Below, in pieces: positions 63,775-64,000 of a stretch of DNA of 64,000 nt. Source of the DNA: Planctomycetota bacterium (lineage in GTDB: Bacteria > Planctomycetota > PLA2 > JAEUHO01); NCBI GenBank assembly GCA_965223505.1, contig CBDCWP010000004.1, positions 1 to 64,000 of the forward strand, written 5' to 3'. Position 1 is the stretch's first letter; every line of letters begins with the position of its first letter. The notes beneath the pieces were generated by a model. That model did no database searches and was not told the DNA's origin. It saw nothing but the letters and a program-made list of their open reading frames with translations. The position numbers and the translations under genes are program-made.

Positions 63775-64000
63775 CGGGAGTATGTACTTAGCGCACGGGC
63801 GGCCAGGACGCCGCAGAAATGGGCCTCGGAAGGCCACGCCACCTCGGCGACGCACGCATTCATCAACGGGACTGGGTAGTTGGCGAAAACCGACCAGCCT
63901 CGGACCGACCAGCGCCGGGCGGCCTAGCTCCAGATTACGTCCACGTCAGGTCCGGGAAGGGCGATCCCGTGGCGAAAGTACGCCCAGAATCTGCCACCAT

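Noticed and set aside
63940..63975. CAGGTCCGGGAAGG resembling the SRP RNA core
   Set aside because: It lacks the GGAA tetraloop/AGCAG pairing context and is more likely the 3' end of a minus-strand gene entering from outside the window.

Overview
This is a high-GC bacterial window, most consistent with an uncultured Planctomycetota-like diderm (inferred from gene content such as HEAT, vWA and NPCBM proteins, the lpxC-fabZ fusion and Rho with an N-terminal extension). Positions 1-45.9 kb are mainly housekeeping: PP2C phosphatase, ECF sigma/anti-sigma, recG, rho, coaE, tatC, ychF, cinA, tRNA-Gln, glmU-prs-rplY-pth-rpsF-rpsR-rplI-dnaB, bamA-skp-lpxC/fabZ-lpxA-gnnA-like, rpsB-tsf-pyrH-frr, rtcB and tldDE, plus two GTAG-type REP composite clusters. 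The highlight is a minus-strand cluster at about 45.9-60.1 kb that looks like an undescribed RiPP (modified peptide) system. It contains a C39-peptidase ABC exporter, an HlyD adaptor fused to a degenerate M28 peptidase domain, and two double-glycine-leader precursors (one Asn-rich with NALWA repeats, one apparently masked by a 1-nt frameshift). It also has three paralogous metallo-beta-lactamase-fold proteins, a NodU/CmcH carbamoyltransferase and an SGNH hydrolase, with no recognisable class-defining RiPP enzyme. Upstream are a sensor-less histidine kinase with a sigma-54 activator and a consensus sigma-54 promoter with tandem palindromic enhancer sites in front of a tiny CxxC/CxxC acidic protein. 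All calls come from reading motifs; no database searches were run.
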